Assembly: GCA_030917685.1 (NCBI GenBank)
Contig: JAUPUG010000056.1
Location: 1 to 34,375 of the forward strand
Source: Patescibacteria group bacterium
GTDB taxonomy: Bacteria > Patescibacteriota > Minisyncoccia > Phycocordibacterales > CAIZLB01
Length of the DNA stretch: 34,375 nt
Direction: 5' to 3'
The notes under the pieces are model-generated. The model had not been told where the DNA came from and searched no databases. It worked only from the letters and a program-made list of their open reading frames with translations. Shown one piece after another: positions 32,794 to 34,375 of this stretch (the stretch's first letter is position 1; each line of letters starts with the position of its first letter). The translations under genes were made by a program, and so were the position numbers.

Positions 32794-32839
32794 AAAAAAA
32801 GCACACACCTCTGGGGATGGGACCCAAACGATGTGTGCT
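32794..32839 (-). terminator. Terminator of the adenylate-kinase-like gene 32855..33478.
   Basis: agcacaca(32800-32807)/tgtgtgct(32832-32839). The A7 upstream on the plus strand reads as a U-tract on the minus strand. Confidence 0.75.
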
Positions 32840-32854
32840 AAAAAAATGATAAAA

Positions 32855-33478
32855 CTAAACAGGGGTGCTCATCCAGCCGATATCCAACATCCGGATGTAT
32901 GCGTCCATATTCGTTATCAGATTCTGACCATCTACCATGTAGAATTCAATACCTAAATCTTCCGCGTTAATTCGAAGGAATTTGATCATAGGCACTGTTT
33001 TCTCTTCATATTCATCAATTCGTTGTGCCACAAGTTCAGGATCAGTGTCCACCACATCTCTCGCGCGCTTTTTCAAGCGTCTGAGACATGTAGAGGTAGG
33101 AGTGTCGATATGAAGCACAACAATCCTCTTGTAACCATAATGCCGGACACGTTCAAGTGCAAATTTTGACTGCTCGACATTTCGAGGAAACCCATCGAGG
33201 AAGAGAAGTTTTGTTCCTTCTACCTTCTCGAAAGCCTCTTCAATGATCGGTAGAATGATATCGTTTGGAACAAGTTGACCGAGCTTTCGAAAGCCTTGAA
33301 TTTGCCGACCCAAATCAGATTCCGCTAGCACTTCTCTGTCGAGGATTTCACGAAAAGGAAGAGTCGCATAGGTAATACCCCGTGATCTCAATCCTTCTTC
33401 GGCCGTCCCTTTTCCACCTCCAGCAATTGCTGTAACTAGCAGCGCGACTTTTTTGTCTGTTTCTGTTTGACCTATCAT
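32855..33478 (-). CDS. Adenylate kinase-family nucleoside monophosphate kinase (divergent, short-LID type).
   Basis: P-loop IAGGGKGTAEE, LGQLVPNDIILPIIEEAF, LFLDGFPRNVEQ, and LID remnant RARDVVDTDPELVAQRIDEYEEKT. GGAGG (33485-33489) sits 6 nt upstream of the ATG. Confidence 0.8.
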   Translation of the reverse strand: MIGQTETDKKVALLVTAIAGGGKGTAEEGLRSRGITYATLPFREILDREVLAESDLGRQIQGFRKLGQLVPNDIILPIIEEAFEKVEGTKLLFLDGFPRNVEQSKFALERVRHYGYKRIVVLHIDTPTSTCLRRLKKRARDVVDTDPELVAQRIDEYEEKTVPMIKFLRINAEDLGIEFYMVDGQNLITNMDAYIRMLDIGWMSTPV

Positions 33479-33659
33479 ATGTAACCTCCATGGTTGAATT
33501 TTGTACGAATACCCTCATCCAGTAAAGGTAGGGCTCGTGCAATATACAAGAAAAATACACCTTTGTCCAAGGTCTATTTCCACAGAATTTTACAATCTCT
33601 ATCTTGATCAGGATTCACTCTCTCGACCTTAATCTTTAGTCCTATCTCAAACTCGCTCT

Positions 33660-34337
33660 CTACTCAAACAACCTCTCCAATACATCAGCATGAACTTCAT
33701 GCACATCTCTATTTCCTTCAAACTCATGTAGATGTGCCTTTCCTTCAAATGCTTTATTTAGATGCGGTACACTGTCGAAATAAATACCAAGTCGCTTAGT
33801 AATAGCTTCATCGGTATCATCCACTCGCGCTTCCTTTCCAGCTTTTCGTAGAGACTCAGCTCTATCGAGACATCGTTTCTTTGCATGTCCGTGCTCAAGA
33901 GTCATTCGTGCGATTGCAATAGGTGGCAATGAATCTGCGTCATGCCCGTGATATATTCGCGCAAGCTCATACAAATGTTCAGCCTGTAGTGCAGTACGAG
34001 GGAATCCGTCAAAGAATAGCACTTCTTTTGTTTCGCCGTTTTCTTGTTTTTTCTTAAAATAATCTTTGAGAATTTCAAATGTTAGTTCATCTGGTATAAG
34101 CACACCGCTATACATCATCTCACGAGCTTCTTGGTGCTCAGGCTTATCACTATATGGAAGTATTGATCGAAGAATATCTCCTACAGATGCAAATTCTGCA
34201 TCAATTTTATCTAAAATGAGTTTCAACTGGGTAGTCTTTCCAGAACCTTGTGGACCTGTGAGTGCAATGACTTTGTATTTTGGTTTGAGAACTTTCTTAA
34301 CTGAATTTGTTGGATTTGAATGTGTTGGGTGTAACAT
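33660..34337 (-). CDS. Adenylate kinase-family nucleoside monophosphate kinase (short-LID type, with an N-terminal extension of about 20 aa).
   Basis: P-loop GPQGSGKTTQ, VGDILRS, GVLIPDELTFEILKDYF, FFDGFPRTALQAE and ARVDDTDEAITKRLGIYF. Confidence 0.85.
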   Translation of the reverse strand: MLHPTHSNPTNSVKKVLKPKYKVIALTGPQGSGKTTQLKLILDKIDAEFASVGDILRSILPYSDKPEHQEAREMMYSGVLIPDELTFEILKDYFKKKQENGETKEVLFFDGFPRTALQAEHLYELARIYHGHDADSLPPIAIARMTLEHGHAKKRCLDRAESLRKAGKEARVDDTDEAITKRLGIYFDSVPHLNKAFEGKAHLHEFEGNRDVHEVHADVLERLFE

Positions 34338-34375
34338 GCGTGATTTTATTACTTCTAGGCATGCATTTTATATGA

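Noticed and set aside
1-34375. CRISPR arrays, rRNA genes, IS elements, inteins or introns in nrdA, and stop-codon reassignment.
   Set aside because: No regularly spaced direct repeats were found, no transposase motifs, and nrdA is contiguous across the catalytic motifs. Long housekeeping ORFs are uninterrupted, and both TGA and TAG are used as stops.

Overview
This is a low-GC (about 40%) bacterial chromosomal segment, coded almost entirely on the minus strand under the standard genetic code (TGA and TAG both act as stops). The gene content fits a reduced Patescibacteria/CPR-like genome: a DUF5667-type anti-sigma partner, a sigma region 4 + HARE-HTH protein, long low-complexity inserts in housekeeping enzymes, and few Shine-Dalgarno sites. 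That lineage call is an inference, not a verified assignment.

Core genes: leuS, ychF, an orphan sensor histidine kinase, zwf, an ECF sigma/anti-sigma pair, mltG, a class Ic (Chlamydia-type R2c) ribonucleotide reductase nrdAB, tRNA-Ala(UGC), ddl, uvrC, uvrA and two tandem adenylate-kinase-family genes.

Accessory parts:
- The left edge (1-1928) holds a T4SS-coupling-protein-like N-terminus and an orphan gene, separated by a GC-rich, hairpin-dense gap.
- A roughly 5-kb higher-GC island (20.0-25.1 kb) abuts the 3' end of tRNA-Ala. It consists of small orphan genes, most with a recognisable promoter and/or terminator of their own. It contains a duplicated 3' box + terminator and a decayed gene fragment.
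- A 1.4-kb GC-rich insert (26.5-27.9 kb) has divergent promoters, a 117-nt hairpin and an orphan ORF.

The most striking unexplained element is a roughly 440-nt ORF-free, structure-rich unit (15304-15743, plus strand). It has a consensus promoter and a strong terminator, and I could not fit it to RNase P, tmRNA, SRP or 6S RNA.

I found no CRISPR array, rRNA, transposase or integrase. All functional calls come from motif reading without database searches. Coordinates I derived myself may be off by 1-2 nt.
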